A DNA stretch of 41,771 bases. It comes from a virus (lineage: Duplodnaviria > Caudoviricetes). This document shows positions 25,823-34,139 of this stretch, piece after piece. The position numbers and the translations under genes were made by a program. Under the pieces are notes generated by a model that was not told where the DNA came from, did not search any database, and was given only the letters and a program-made list of their open reading frames with translations. The stretch spans positions 1-41,771 of the IMG/VR virus record IMGVR_UViG_3300029142_000009, one strand, 5' to 3'. Each line of letters begins with the position of its first letter. Position 1 is the stretch's first letter.

Positions 25823-27939
25823 TCTTTAAATTTATACGCTTCATACGTAGGGTAATCCCCAGTGCTAGCTTTACCCCAGTAGTCTTGAACAGATGCTTCT
25901 ACAGTGATTCTATTCTTAGGAGCTACCGTTAACATAGCGTCGCACATCGTTTTGCATATCTCATCCAAGCATTCTTTCCATTTCGACCTAGGAACTGCGT
26001 TAAGGGCTTCATCGTGTACATTGGCGTGGATCTTCGATCCAAATAATACATTATCGAGACTAGGATCCTCCATCTTCTGATAGAGCATAACGATAGCACG
26101 CTTCATACCAAGTGCGGCCGGAGTCTGCATAGTCTTACAGTTTGAGAGCTGATTCCTAGTTCTATCGGCTAGGTATACTCCCATTACTTCTGTACAATAT
26201 TCGATCTTGATTGACTTCTTAAGTCTAGGAATGAACCGGGTCTTTTTGGGGTTTACTCTATATTTCCATAACTTCCCGTTCCATGGTACGTCGGCACCGA
26301 ACCAATCCTTAAACTCAGGGAATCTGTCTCTAGCGTACGATAACCACTTGTCTACTGTATTCTTGTCTACATCAGTAAAACCTTTGGACTTAACACCAGC
26401 GTGGGCCGTGTCTACCATTAATCCTCCGGCGACACCCAGACTGATTTGTTTTGTAGCATCCTGTCTAACTCGTTTAAGCTTCTTGTGGCGGCTGTCACTT
26501 TTGTCTTTAAGGATTGCGAGCCCCTCAGATTCTGTAAGTTCTGCGTTGTAAAGATCGTTATATTGTACCGTACATAGAGCATCATGAATATTAAGCCCTG
26601 TATTAAGTAGCTCACGCAGAGTGCTATGGCCAGTTTCTTGCTCAAGAACGGCAGAAGCCATAATGAATTCAAGATTAGCATAGTCCACATCAATAAAAAT
26701 ATAGTCCTCGTCCGGAACAAAACCTTTGCGAAAATCTCCATCTCTTGGTACCTGCTGAAAGTTCATCGACGGAGTAGAGTGCACAAAGACTTTCTTCGGC
26801 TTCCCCGTCTTGGTTAATGCGTTCGCCTTATCTCCTTTATATAAGTGGTAGTTACTACTCTTACATGAAGTTCTAAGGGTCTTCACGATGTTATTAAATT
26901 CTGGATGGATACGCTCAACGTCCATCTGCGGTATGAATGTACTGCACGCCTTCAAGTTCTCGCTATATTCTAGTAGAGCATCTATGCGAGGATCTTCAAA
27001 TCCTTTAAGGAAGTCCAGCGTTTCTCTGTCTGTGGCGATCTCTCCAGTATCTGTCAACTTTGGCACGTTAACTCCATGTTTCTCACATAACTCGCCAATT
27101 ATGGCACGTTGTACATCCTTCTTCAGTGTACCTTTCTCATTCATAATACCATAGTCTTTCAGCTTTTCTTTAGCTTCTTCGAACTTAGGGAAGTACTCAT
27201 CCTTCAGGTTTTGCACAACCTCTGGGTTAACTCTTATGCCTGTGATAGTCATGCCACGCAGAGTATACGCCGATGCTACGTTAAGAGGTTCTTGGTTAAT
27301 ACTACCCGGACCACGTTTAGCCCTAGCTTCTTCTTGCGCTAACCAGATTGCGAGAGTATAAGCAGTGTCACTAATAGCGTAACGAATAAAATCTCTTTCC
27401 CATTCGGAGATAGGTTTTCCATCCACTTCTTCATATCTGTACCTCACAGCTCCTTCGTCTTTATCATCTGAAATATCAATATCTAACCAGCGTTTGGTTA
27501 ACGCTGCCAAAGCCATAGGGCTGTTAAGATCTCCTTTAGTAGACAGCATATAGATTTGTTCTCTAATCATCGTATCGGAGATAGTGCCTTTCTTGAGAGC
27601 TTTCCATAGAACACTGATAAAGTCTGGAGTATCCATAGTTCCTTTAGCTACATGAAGGTCAAACGCTGCGTTATGTGCGATAAGCTTAATACTTCCATTC
27701 TCAGCCCCTACAAAGACTTTAGCTATGGCTCTGATTCCTCTGTCTTCCCATACAGGATAAAGGTAACAGTGTATATCTTTACCGTTAACTTCCATAACTT
27801 CATAGTGATCAGCGTCGCTGAACATATCTTCTTTCTCTAGTGAACTAAACGAAACACAAACCCCGGGAGGGTTGACCTTATTCGGGTAACTGATTAGATG
27901 CGTTTCGAAGTCGAAACTGATCAACTTCATCTGTGACAT
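25795..27939 (-). CDS. polA: DNA polymerase family A with 3'-5' exonuclease
   Basis: ExoI DFET, ExoII HNAAFD, ExoIII YAISD; motif A DYANLE; motif C VHDE. Confidence 0.93.
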   Translation of the reverse strand: MSQMKLISFDFETHLISYPNKVNPPGVCVSFSSLEKEDMFSDADHYEVMEVNGKDIHCYLYPVWEDRGIRAIAKVFVGAENGSIKLIAHNAAFDLHVAKGTMDTPDFISVLWKALKKGTISDTMIREQIYMLSTKGDLNSPMALAALTKRWLDIDISDDKDEGAVRYRYEEVDGKPISEWERDFIRYAISDTAYTLAIWLAQEEARAKRGPGSINQEPLNVASAYTLRGMTITGIRVNPEVVQNLKDEYFPKFEEAKEKLKDYGIMNEKGTLKKDVQRAIIGELCEKHGVNVPKLTDTGEIATDRETLDFLKGFEDPRIDALLEYSENLKACSTFIPQMDVERIHPEFNNIVKTLRTSCKSSNYHLYKGDKANALTKTGKPKKVFVHSTPSMNFQQVPRDGDFRKGFVPDEDYIFIDVDYANLEFIMASAVLEQETGHSTLRELLNTGLNIHDALCTVQYNDLYNAELTESEGLAILKDKSDSRHKKLKRVRQDATKQISLGVAGGLMVDTAHAGVKSKGFTDVDKNTVDKWLSYARDRFPEFKDWFGADVPWNGKLWKYRVNPKKTRFIPRLKKSIKIEYCTEVMGVYLADRTRNQLSNCKTMQTPAALGMKRAIVMLYQKMEDPSLDNVLFGSKIHANVHDEALNAVPRSKWKECLDEICKTMCDAMLTVAPKNRITVEASVQDYWGKASTGDYPTYEAYKFKDGQLNVDEV

Positions 27940-28111
27940 GCTTGATATCCTCCATTATCCAATATAACTTTTCCATGTTACGTGAGTCCTTCATTTCAAG
28001 TGTCCACATCTCAGCGAATACTTTCTCCCACATAAAGTCTCTTAACATTCCGACCATCTGGTCGCTATTCCTTACCTGTCTCCAGGGATTTTCTGAGTTC
28101 ATTATTCTCAA
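27878..28111 (-). CDS. hypothetical protein (start uncertain)
   Basis: ORF track; fills the gap between neighbours. Confidence 0.4.
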   Translation of the reverse strand: MRIMNSENPWRQVRNSDQMVGMLRDFMWEKVFAEMWTLEMKDSRNMEKLYWIMEDIKHVTDEVDQFRLRNASNQLPE

Positions 28112-28406
28112 CCTCCAGTCTAAGCATTTCCTCTCTAAAATCTCTGCGAGGAGGAGATACTATAGGGTTACCGCTAGGCGTCATATAATTAGGTATCCCA
28201 TTATCTCTATTCTCAAACTCTTTCTTCTGTTTATTTAGTTTATCATTCGTTAACTTTCCTGTCAAGCATGAATCTAGTTCATCCTGCAAGTTACGAATCT
28301 CTAATATCAAATCTTCCTGCCCGATATCGTTTTCATTTACTAGGGAGTCAAGAAGACTGAGCCTCTCTTGTAGAAATAATATAAACAGTTCGTCGCTAAC
28401 CTTCAT
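28065..28406 (-). CDS. hypothetical coiled-coil protein
   Basis: AGGAG RBS; ORF track. Confidence 0.55.
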   Translation of the reverse strand: MKVSDELFILFLQERLSLLDSLVNENDIGQEDLILEIRNLQDELDSCLTGKLTNDKLNKQKKEFENRDNGIPNYMTPSGNPIVSPPRRDFREEMLRLEVENNELRKSLETGKE

Positions 28407-28416
28407 TTCACTTCTC

Positions 28417-29604
28417 CTACTTAGGTAATAACACAGGGAAAACCCTGTATAGACTGTTTGTTCTATTGGGTGACTTGCAATATGTCACGATTGTCTGCAC
28501 TGGCTCAGTATCATATCCTAGAGACTCGCTGTAGTCATCTCCGCAGGTTAAGGAACCATTAACAATAATCTTACGTCCTATCTGCTTGTACTCATGGAAA
28601 TGTCCTATACGCATGCCGTGTAATACAATTTGTAATGCAGCTGCTCGCTTATTCATATGGTCGATCAAAGATTTCTCATTGTTACCTTTAATCATATCTC
28701 CGTGTTCATATAGGATATTACTTCCTTGGATCTCTACTACAACGCCATAGTTCTCAGGGATGATAAACTCAACGTTCTTATACTTTAGTCTGTTAGCTAG
28801 TAGCTCCAGCGTTTTGTATACCGTCCAGGTGTACCCTTCTTTACCTTGCTTGAACATGGAGCGATCCTTAGTAGATCTATCATGGTTACCTGCCGTACCA
28901 ACTACACGTAGAGGAATACCGATTAATGCTACGGGTTCTATCACTTCTTCAAAAAGAATATCAGTAATATTAAACATCTGACCCGGAATACCTTCACTAC
29001 AAGCCTTAACGCTGTCTTCATGAAGCTTATCATTATGAATCATGTCACCGTTCATAGCAATGATTAGGTCAGTTACATTATGTGTCTTACTGTTCCTGTC
29101 GTACTCTTCAAGAAACGCTGAGGTAAGAGCTTTAAGTCGTCGGCGTATAACATCGTAGTCGAAGTTCTCTGTCTCTAATCCAGCGTGAATATCAGAAATA
29201 TCCATAACCTGTGTCATGTCAGCGTTGCCTACCTTCAAGCTATTCTTCTTAGCTCGCTTCAATACAGTACGTTTCTGACTGTACTTCTTAGTGATCTTCT
29301 CAAAGTCATTAAGGATCTGATCTCTGGCATCCCACTGCTTAAGTACTTCACGTAACTTCTTATTATTCTTCGTGCTAGTGTTACGCGCTGTAGCAGCCTG
29401 ACGAATCATATCAATGCTAAGCTTTTCATTCTCGCTTAGGTCGAATCGATCCTTATATCTATGGTACAGATTACGATAGTGTGTGTGATCGTTGTTAAAC
29501 TTATACTTCTTATTGAGCGCACGTGTGATCTTCTTCCAGCTGTCGCCGTTCTTTACTTTATGAAAAAGATCTAATACACATTCGTCTGGATACTTATTTG
29601 CCAT
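28417..29604 (-). CDS. calcineurin-like metallophosphoesterase with N-terminal helical/HTH-like extension
   Basis: SDIH, GD, GNHD, HGD and GHFH motifs. Confidence 0.88.
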   Translation of the reverse strand: MANKYPDECVLDLFHKVKNGDSWKKITRALNKKYKFNNDHTHYRNLYHRYKDRFDLSENEKLSIDMIRQAATARNTSTKNNKKLREVLKQWDARDQILNDFEKITKKYSQKRTVLKRAKKNSLKVGNADMTQVMDISDIHAGLETENFDYDVIRRRLKALTSAFLEEYDRNSKTHNVTDLIIAMNGDMIHNDKLHEDSVKACSEGIPGQMFNITDILFEEVIEPVALIGIPLRVVGTAGNHDRSTKDRSMFKQGKEGYTWTVYKTLELLANRLKYKNVEFIIPENYGVVVEIQGSNILYEHGDMIKGNNEKSLIDHMNKRAAALQIVLHGMRIGHFHEYKQIGRKIIVNGSLTCGDDYSESLGYDTEPVQTIVTYCKSPNRTNSLYRVFPVLLPK

Positions 29605-29812
29605 GCCTTACTCCTAATTTAAGCTCTTCATCTTTAAGGCTATCATCTAACCTTACATCTAACTGCCTATCAAACACGATAATTACAGGGTGTATGATCT
29701 GATCTAATACGTTCTGATTTGCCATTAACGTGTCAGGACTAAACCCATTTTCTTTTTCATATTCAAATACTGCGTTGACTATGTGCATTACCAAGGTCCT
29801 ATTAGACATCAC
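29594..29812 (-). CDS. hypothetical protein
   Basis: ORF track; coupled to neighbours. Confidence 0.5.
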   Translation of the reverse strand: MMSNRTLVMHIVNAVFEYEKENGFSPDTLMANQNVLDQIIHPVIIVFDRQLDVRLDDSLKDEELKLGVRHGK

Positions 29813-30391
29813 CTACTCCATATAAAGTGACTGATTTCTTACCTTACCATTTGAATAGATCATATTCTCTAGGAACCCCGGATCTAATCCAAACTTTCTC
29901 GCCAGCTCAAAGACTCGGCGTGTCTTCTCGCATTCTACACGAGGAATATCTACTCGATCCATTACTGCTATTTGCTGTAGGATCCAATCTAGTTTATCAC
30001 ACAGTTCGATCTTATGTTCTAGCTCTTCCTCGAAGAACTCTGTGTCCTTTCTAACTCGACCGGCGTGCTTCTTAATATCACCTTCAGGAAGTGCCTTATA
30101 AGAATACTTCTCTAAGGTCTTTTTAGCTTGTCTAAGCGACTTATGCTTAGCAGCCTGGCAAGAAGGTATATCACCTGTAATCGCTTCAACCAGGTCATGA
30201 CAAAGCAGTCCTGCGACCACATCTGATGTATCTTCCCATCCCAGTCTCTCTCCTATAACTAACGCTAGCATCGCTGCTGACCAGCTGTGTTCTGCAATAG
30301 ATTCACTACTGTTATCGCTCAGACGAGAGAGTCGTTTTCCTACTTTTAAAGGATCTAAAAAGATCTCATAAAAATTTACTATATCTTCCAC
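29813..30391 (-). CDS. HD-domain phosphohydrolase (YfbR-like 5'-deoxynucleotidase)
   Basis: ESIAEHSW, HDLVEAITGDIP, DKLD motifs. Confidence 0.88.
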   Translation of the reverse strand: MEDIVNFYEIFLDPLKVGKRLSRLSDNSSESIAEHSWSAAMLALVIGERLGWEDTSDVVAGLLCHDLVEAITGDIPSCQAAKHKSLRQAKKTLEKYSYKALPEGDIKKHAGRVRKDTEFFEEELEHKIELCDKLDWILQQIAVMDRVDIPRVECEKTRRVFELARKFGLDPGFLENMIYSNGKVRNQSLYME

Positions 30392-31143
30392 TACTTACTT
30401 CCTTGGTTACTGGGGGATCTCTTTTTGATCAGATTTTCGATCGCCTGTCTCTCCCTTTCTCTTTGTTTCATTATACGTAGTTTCTCTAAAAATTGCAAGT
30501 ATTTTTTATGTAGGTCCACTATATACGACGCTGGAATAAACATAGTCTCTCCGCCACCGCCTAGCGATATGATACCTACGACTTTTCCTTCACTATTAAA
30601 TACTGGAGATCCGGAGTGTCCAGGCATAGTAGCCAACTGAGCTCTCACATACATAGATCTAATACCGTAGTGAGGGATGTCGACCAGATAGTGATATAGA
30701 ACTCTTCCATACCTGGCGCTGTACCATGTCCCCTTTCCAAAACCTATGGTGTATACTTTATCTCCTCTCTTCAGCGTGGCTAAGTCCATAACTAGGATCT
30801 CACCTTTAGAGAACCCTAACTTCACTAGCGCTAAGTCGTGCTCTTTATCTACACCGACAACCTGTCCGTCTACTACAGCGTTATTCACTAGCTGAACCTT
30901 GACCTCTGTTTTATCTCCTACAACGTGCGCATTAGTAACTAATAGATTGTGTGCAATGAAGAAACCTGTACCATGTCCTCGGCCGTTCATAATCATAGCG
31001 ATATTGCTATTCTCATGTTCTACATAATTCTCCTTAATGTATTGAACAGCTGTGGGAGTATGGTAGAACCCCGCTCCTGTAACTAAAAGGAATATAATAC
31101 TTAATAAAATCTTATTCAAGCGGGTCATCTGAAAACTCTCCAT
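30391..31143 (-). CDS. membrane-anchored trypsin-like (S1C/HtrA-type) serine protease without PDZ; start probably 31128
   Basis: catalytic triad TNAHV / DLAL / GHSGSP; N-terminal hydrophobic helix. Confidence 0.9.
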   Translation of the reverse strand: MESFQMTRLNKILLSIIFLLVTGAGFYHTPTAVQYIKENYVEHENSNIAMIMNGRGHGTGFFIAHNLLVTNAHVVGDKTEVKVQLVNNAVVDGQVVGVDKEHDLALVKLGFSKGEILVMDLATLKRGDKVYTIGFGKGTWYSARYGRVLYHYLVDIPHYGIRSMYVRAQLATMPGHSGSPVFNSEGKVVGIISLGGGGETMFIPASYIVDLHKKYLQFLEKLRIMKQRERERQAIENLIKKRSPSNQGSK

Positions 31144-31417
31144 TGTTGTCTGCTTCTTCTAACTCATCCTTGAGGTCTTGTGTTATAGCCCAAGGGTCTA
31201 ATAAATCTGGCATGGGTAGGACACATATACTATATCCTGAATTATCAGGCAGAGGCATAATCATCTCAGGTACTCCATAAAGAAACCTGTCAAAGTACAT
31301 AACGTTCTGATTATTATACGCCATCTCTAATTCTCTTTCGAACTCAGGAGTAGGATTGTCTACCTGTATAATGATATTAGCTATCTGTATCTGCTGCTTC
31401 TTCTTCGGTGATCCCAT
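31112..31417 (-). CDS. hypothetical protein
   Basis: ORF track; GAGGAG upstream. Confidence 0.55.
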   Translation of the reverse strand: MGSPKKKQQIQIANIIIQVDNPTPEFERELEMAYNNQNVMYFDRFLYGVPEMIMPLPDNSGYSICVLPMPDLLDPWAITQDLKDELEEADNNGEFSDDPLE

Positions 31418-31628
31418 ATTTCTTGAACTCCTCGGGTTTAATCTCTTCTAAAATATTAATAGCGGCTCCGCCTCTACGTATATAACCGTTATTAACTCCT
31501 CCGTCTGTAAACGCCGAGAGTTCCCCGTCGTTGCAGTAGCATGCAGCGAAGTCGTGTCTGTGAATACTCTCTAACTTTTTGCCACACTTGCCACACTCTA
31601 TCTTATTCTTATAAAACTTCTTAGTCAT
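31377..31628 (-). CDS. small zinc-binding phage protein
   Basis: CGKC..HRHDF..CYC..DGG motif. Confidence 0.7.
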   Translation of the reverse strand: MTKKFYKNKIECGKCGKKLESIHRHDFAACYCNDGELSAFTDGGVNNGYIRRGGAAINILEEIKPEEFKKYGITEEEAADTDS

Positions 31629-31939
31629 GTTAAACCTTTCCTTATCATATATCTACCTAAAGCGATTACCATGAGGTCTTCATCGCAGGTTTCTATAACA
31701 GTTTGAACCCTATCTTTAGGGCCTATTTCTAGTCTGCATTTATGCCAGCAGCACATCTCAAAGTCTATAGTTTCTACTCTTGCTATCTCGCTATGGCCCA
31801 TTTTGGCCGCTGCTAACTCCTCTCTGACTTTATCTACTATGTCATCGGACATTTTTTCACCATACTGGGTCATTTGATTTAGTGTACCTAGCGCAAGTAT
31901 GTTTCTCAGCGCTGAGATATACGCGAGATTCTGTAACAT
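31625..31939 (-). CDS. hypothetical protein; true start probably at MSDDIV
   Basis: ORF track; ATGA coupling at the 3' end. Confidence 0.5.
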   Translation of the reverse strand: MLQNLAYISALRNILALGTLNQMTQYGEKMSDDIVDKVREELAAAKMGHSEIARVETIDFEMCCWHKCRLEIGPKDRVQTVIETCDEDLMVIALGRYMIRKGLT

Positions 31940-32069
31940 CTGGATCTTCTGAAAGTTCCGTAAACCACGTAAAATGTTTCATCGCTTCGCTGAAGTCTTC
32001 TTCTTCAATCGTATCATGGTCCCAACGATTTAATCTTTTATTGTAAATTCTATAACTGACTGTATACAT
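31857..32069 (-). CDS. hypothetical protein
   Basis: GGAG RBS; ORF track. Confidence 0.5.
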   Translation of the reverse strand: MYTVSYRIYNKRLNRWDHDTIEEEDFSEAMKHFTWFTELSEDPDVTESRVYLSAEKHTCARYTKSNDPVW

Positions 32070-32071
32070 CT

Positions 32072-32191
32072 CTACTCCGCAACTATAGTTATAATAACTG
32101 TTTTGTCTTCTACATCTGCTGTAACATAGAATTCATGAGAAGGATGAACAAACGCTGTTAGATATATTATTCCTGACGCTAGTAGACTCAT
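32072..32191 (-). CDS. 39-aa hypothetical protein (MSLLASGIIYLTAF...)
   Basis: GGGGAG RBS; TAATG coupling to an upstream 35-aa ORF at 32191-32298. Confidence 0.45.
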   Translation of the reverse strand: MSLLASGIIYLTAFVHPSHEFYVTADVEDKTVIITIVAE

Positions 32192-32301
32192 TATCTCCCC
32201 TTCTTTATCTGAAGATTATGAATAAGGTTAAGTAAAGCTTCTCCGCCATCCCTAAATATTTCATTTGTCCCGCAAGGTGTCAAATATATGTATACCATGG
32301 A

Positions 32302-32925
32302 CTAACCTCCCTCTTTGCTCTTTCCTATAAGTTTATCACATAGCGCAATTATTTGCAAGTCCTCTACAGGATAAAAATCCCAGGCGTCCACACCTATATG
32401 AATCTTAGCGTCTTCGTAATGTATTTCATCGCATTCACTGACGATATTCCAGATACAGTATTCCCCGGCCTCTTTGTACTTTTCTTTGACATGTGTATGA
32501 CCGTGCACTATGATATCGGCCTTTCCTGCTTTCGCTGTGATCCAAGGAAATCTAGGATAGTGCTGGAGCATTAGTCGGTATCCCTGAAGATTAATTCTCT
32601 TATGCCACGTAACGTCATAGAACCCGGCTTCCATATAACGACGGGCTTCATTTTGGTCATGGTTACCAAGGATAAGAATAATCCTACCATTAAGGCGCTG
32701 TACCAAACGACGGAGAAGACCAACATCCCGACGAAAACTAAAGTCCCCGAGATGATAGACGATATCATGTTCCCCAACAACGCTATTCCATCTCTTAATA
32801 AGTTCTTCATGCATATTCTCCAGGTTACCGAATTGTTCCTTGCGGTCATTGCACAGCTTACCATTTACAATATTGCCGTGCCAGAAGTGATGATCTGATG
32901 TGAACCATTTCTTCATAATGTTCAT
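32302..32925 (-). CDS. calcineurin-like phosphoesterase
   Basis: SDHHF.H, HLGDF, GNHD, HYP and HGHTH motifs. Confidence 0.92.
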   Translation of the reverse strand: MNIMKKWFTSDHHFWHGNIVNGKLCNDRKEQFGNLENMHEELIKRWNSVVGEHDIVYHLGDFSFRRDVGLLRRLVQRLNGRIILILGNHDQNEARRYMEAGFYDVTWHKRINLQGYRLMLQHYPRFPWITAKAGKADIIVHGHTHVKEKYKEAGEYCIWNIVSECDEIHYEDAKIHIGVDAWDFYPVEDLQIIALCDKLIGKSKEGG

Positions 32926-32971
32926 TATCCTATACGTTATACTATATAATGTACGCGTTAATATACATTAA

Positions 32972-32980
32972 ATTATATCA
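32972..32980 (-). promoter_or_regulatory. extended -10 promoter TG-A-TATAAT
   Basis: read on the - strand about 45 nt upstream of the phosphoesterase start; AT-rich inverted repeat TAATGTA/TACATTA just downstream. Confidence 0.5.
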
Positions 32981-33001
32981 AAGTGAGGGTTTAGCAGATA
33001 C

Positions 33002-33172
33002 CCACAAACTGGCGTTCTTTCATCCAAACTGCAAAACTCAGAAGGTCATATCACGGTGCCTTCTCTCACTGGTCAATTCCAGATCCGCCTACATAGGTAC
33101 TTCCTAGGATTCCCTTAAGGTGTCTCGCCGGACGCCGCCGTTTCAGTAAAGCTTAACGAGCATTCGCTGTGG
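33002..33172 (-). ncRNA. unclassified structured ncRNA A, about 170 nt
   Basis: nested helices CCACAG/UUGUGG, ACUG/CAGU, GGCG/CGCC, CGUCC/GGAUG, GCGAGAC/GUUUUGC with G-U pairs on -; apical hairpins CUGG-AAUUGA-CCAG and AGAAGG/CCUUCU. Confidence 0.6.
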
Positions 33173-33180
33173 TAAATATT

Positions 33181-33211
33181 AAAAGGGAGGGCCCATTTCC
33201 GAGCTCCTCCC
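33181..33211 (-). terminator. intrinsic terminator
   Basis: GGGAGG-A-GCUC-GGAAAU-GGGC-CCUCCC-UUUU. Confidence 0.8.
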
Positions 33212-33297
33212 ACGAGCCTGCCACAATATCCCCTCTTGGCGTAGAGGTAAGATCGCCTGGTGAATGACCCTCCTTTAGGAGGCTAAGGCAGCCACGT
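33212..33297 (-). ncRNA. structured 3'UTR or ncRNA B
   Basis: closing ACGUGGCUGCC/GGCAGGCUCGU (9 of 11 paired); inner CCUCCU-AA-AGGAGG and CCUCU-ACGCCA-AGAGG hairpins. Confidence 0.5.
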
Positions 33298-33307
33298 AAC
33301 TTTATCA

Positions 33308-33562
33308 TCATGCTAAGGCTTTCAATTCCTCGGCTTTAGCGTCTCTAGCGTCAGGATTATCAAATTTCTGTACTACCTGTCTTCCGTTCCTGAGAATAAT
33401 GACCAGCATGAATGCTTTCTTAGTCTTGTCTGACGTTGGTCGTCCTTGTTCGTCTACTTCGGCCGGAATATCTAGTTCAGCTTTCACAAATGCATCCATA
33501 GTAGTCGGCTTAATCTCGCTGAGATCTCCGTTAACATCTTCTAACGTAATAAAGTTACTCAT
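33308..33562 (-). CDS. hypothetical protein
   Basis: GGAG RBS; triple stop TGA TGA TAA. Confidence 0.65.
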   Translation of the reverse strand: MSNFITLEDVNGDLSEIKPTTMDAFVKAELDIPAEVDEQGRPTSDKTKKAFMLVIILRNGRQVVQKFDNPDARDAKAEELKALA

Positions 33563-33563
33563 C

Positions 33564-33776
33564 TTAGTTTCTCCATTTTCTATACATCCGGATATACATT
33601 AATATCAGGACTAAGTTTAAAAGTAGGAGACCCCAATGATGGTATGTGACTATCCATATCAGCCATCCCGTCTCCGCTATCAGCCCCATCACTGGAGCGA
33701 ACTTGTTTTTATCTCCTGTCAACCACACTGTTATTAGTGTGAGTACGGAAATAGATAATTCGGCTAGCGTTTCCAC
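33564..33776 (-). CDS. small 3-TM membrane protein, PnuC-like half-transporter architecture
   Basis: three hydrophobic helices with W..GLLLLN..MYIR.Y.KW ending; AGGAG RBS. Confidence 0.6.
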   Translation of the reverse strand: METLAELSISVLTLITVWLTGDKNKFAPVMGLIAETGWLIWIVTYHHWGLLLLNLVLILMYIRMYRKWRN

Positions 33777-33792
33777 ATGCTCTCCTATAAAG

Positions 33793-33873
33793 TTGCGGGG
33801 TACGGACTCATGTCCTTTAGTTTACTTGGTCCCACAGGGTCAATTCCCTTTAGCACAACCCAAACCCCCGCGA
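33793..33873 (-). ncRNA. structured element C; candidate riboswitch/leader
   Basis: P1 GCGGGG/CCCCGC enclosing UUUGG/CCAAG, AGGG-AAUUGA-CCCU and GGAC-AUGA-GUCC; ends just before the RBS. Confidence 0.55.
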
Positions 33874-33884
33874 TGCGTTTGGAC

Positions 33885-34061
33885 CTAATTGCTTTTCTTT
33901 CTCAGCCTTTCGACTGTTTCTCTTCCTAGACTATCCATTTTATTCTGAACTAATTTTCTGATTTCTTTGATATCATCGTCTCGCTGTTCGTATGGGATAT
34001 CATTCATGGCCTTCATCATACTTTTTAGTAACCATCTTGTATGTAACATCTCGTGTATCAT
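33885..34061 (-). CDS. 58-aa hypothetical protein (MIHEMLHTRW...), below the ORF-track cutoff
   Basis: GGAG RBS; open frame to TAG. Confidence 0.55.
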   Translation of the reverse strand: MIHEMLHTRWLLKSMMKAMNDIPYEQRDDDIKEIRKLVQNKMDSLGRETVERLRKKSN

Positions 34062-34081
34062 CTCTCCATTCCTTATAGGTT

Positions 34082-34139
34082 AAAAAATTCCCAGTCTAGG
34101 TATTAAAAGGGGGAGGGGGAAAGGGACCTAGACCGGGAA
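34082..34139 (-). terminator. intrinsic terminator with 14-bp stem and 24-nt C/U-rich loop
   Basis: UUCCCGGUCUAGGU/ACCUAGACUGGGAA followed by U6, just after the ssb stop. Confidence 0.8.

Noticed and set aside
29813-30391. Z-genome (DatZ/PurZ) system
   Set aside because: An HD hydrolase is present, but no adenylosuccinate-synthetase-like PurZ ORF is in the window
32072-32200. Apparent frameshifted pseudogene
   Set aside because: Re-reading gives an intact 39-aa ORF (32072-32191)
33793-33873. tRNA, or c-di-GMP-I riboswitch (GUGGGAC, CUAAA)
   Set aside because: No T-loop, D-loop or CCA end; lacks GGCAAA, the GNRA loop and GCAAAG of c-di-GMP-I
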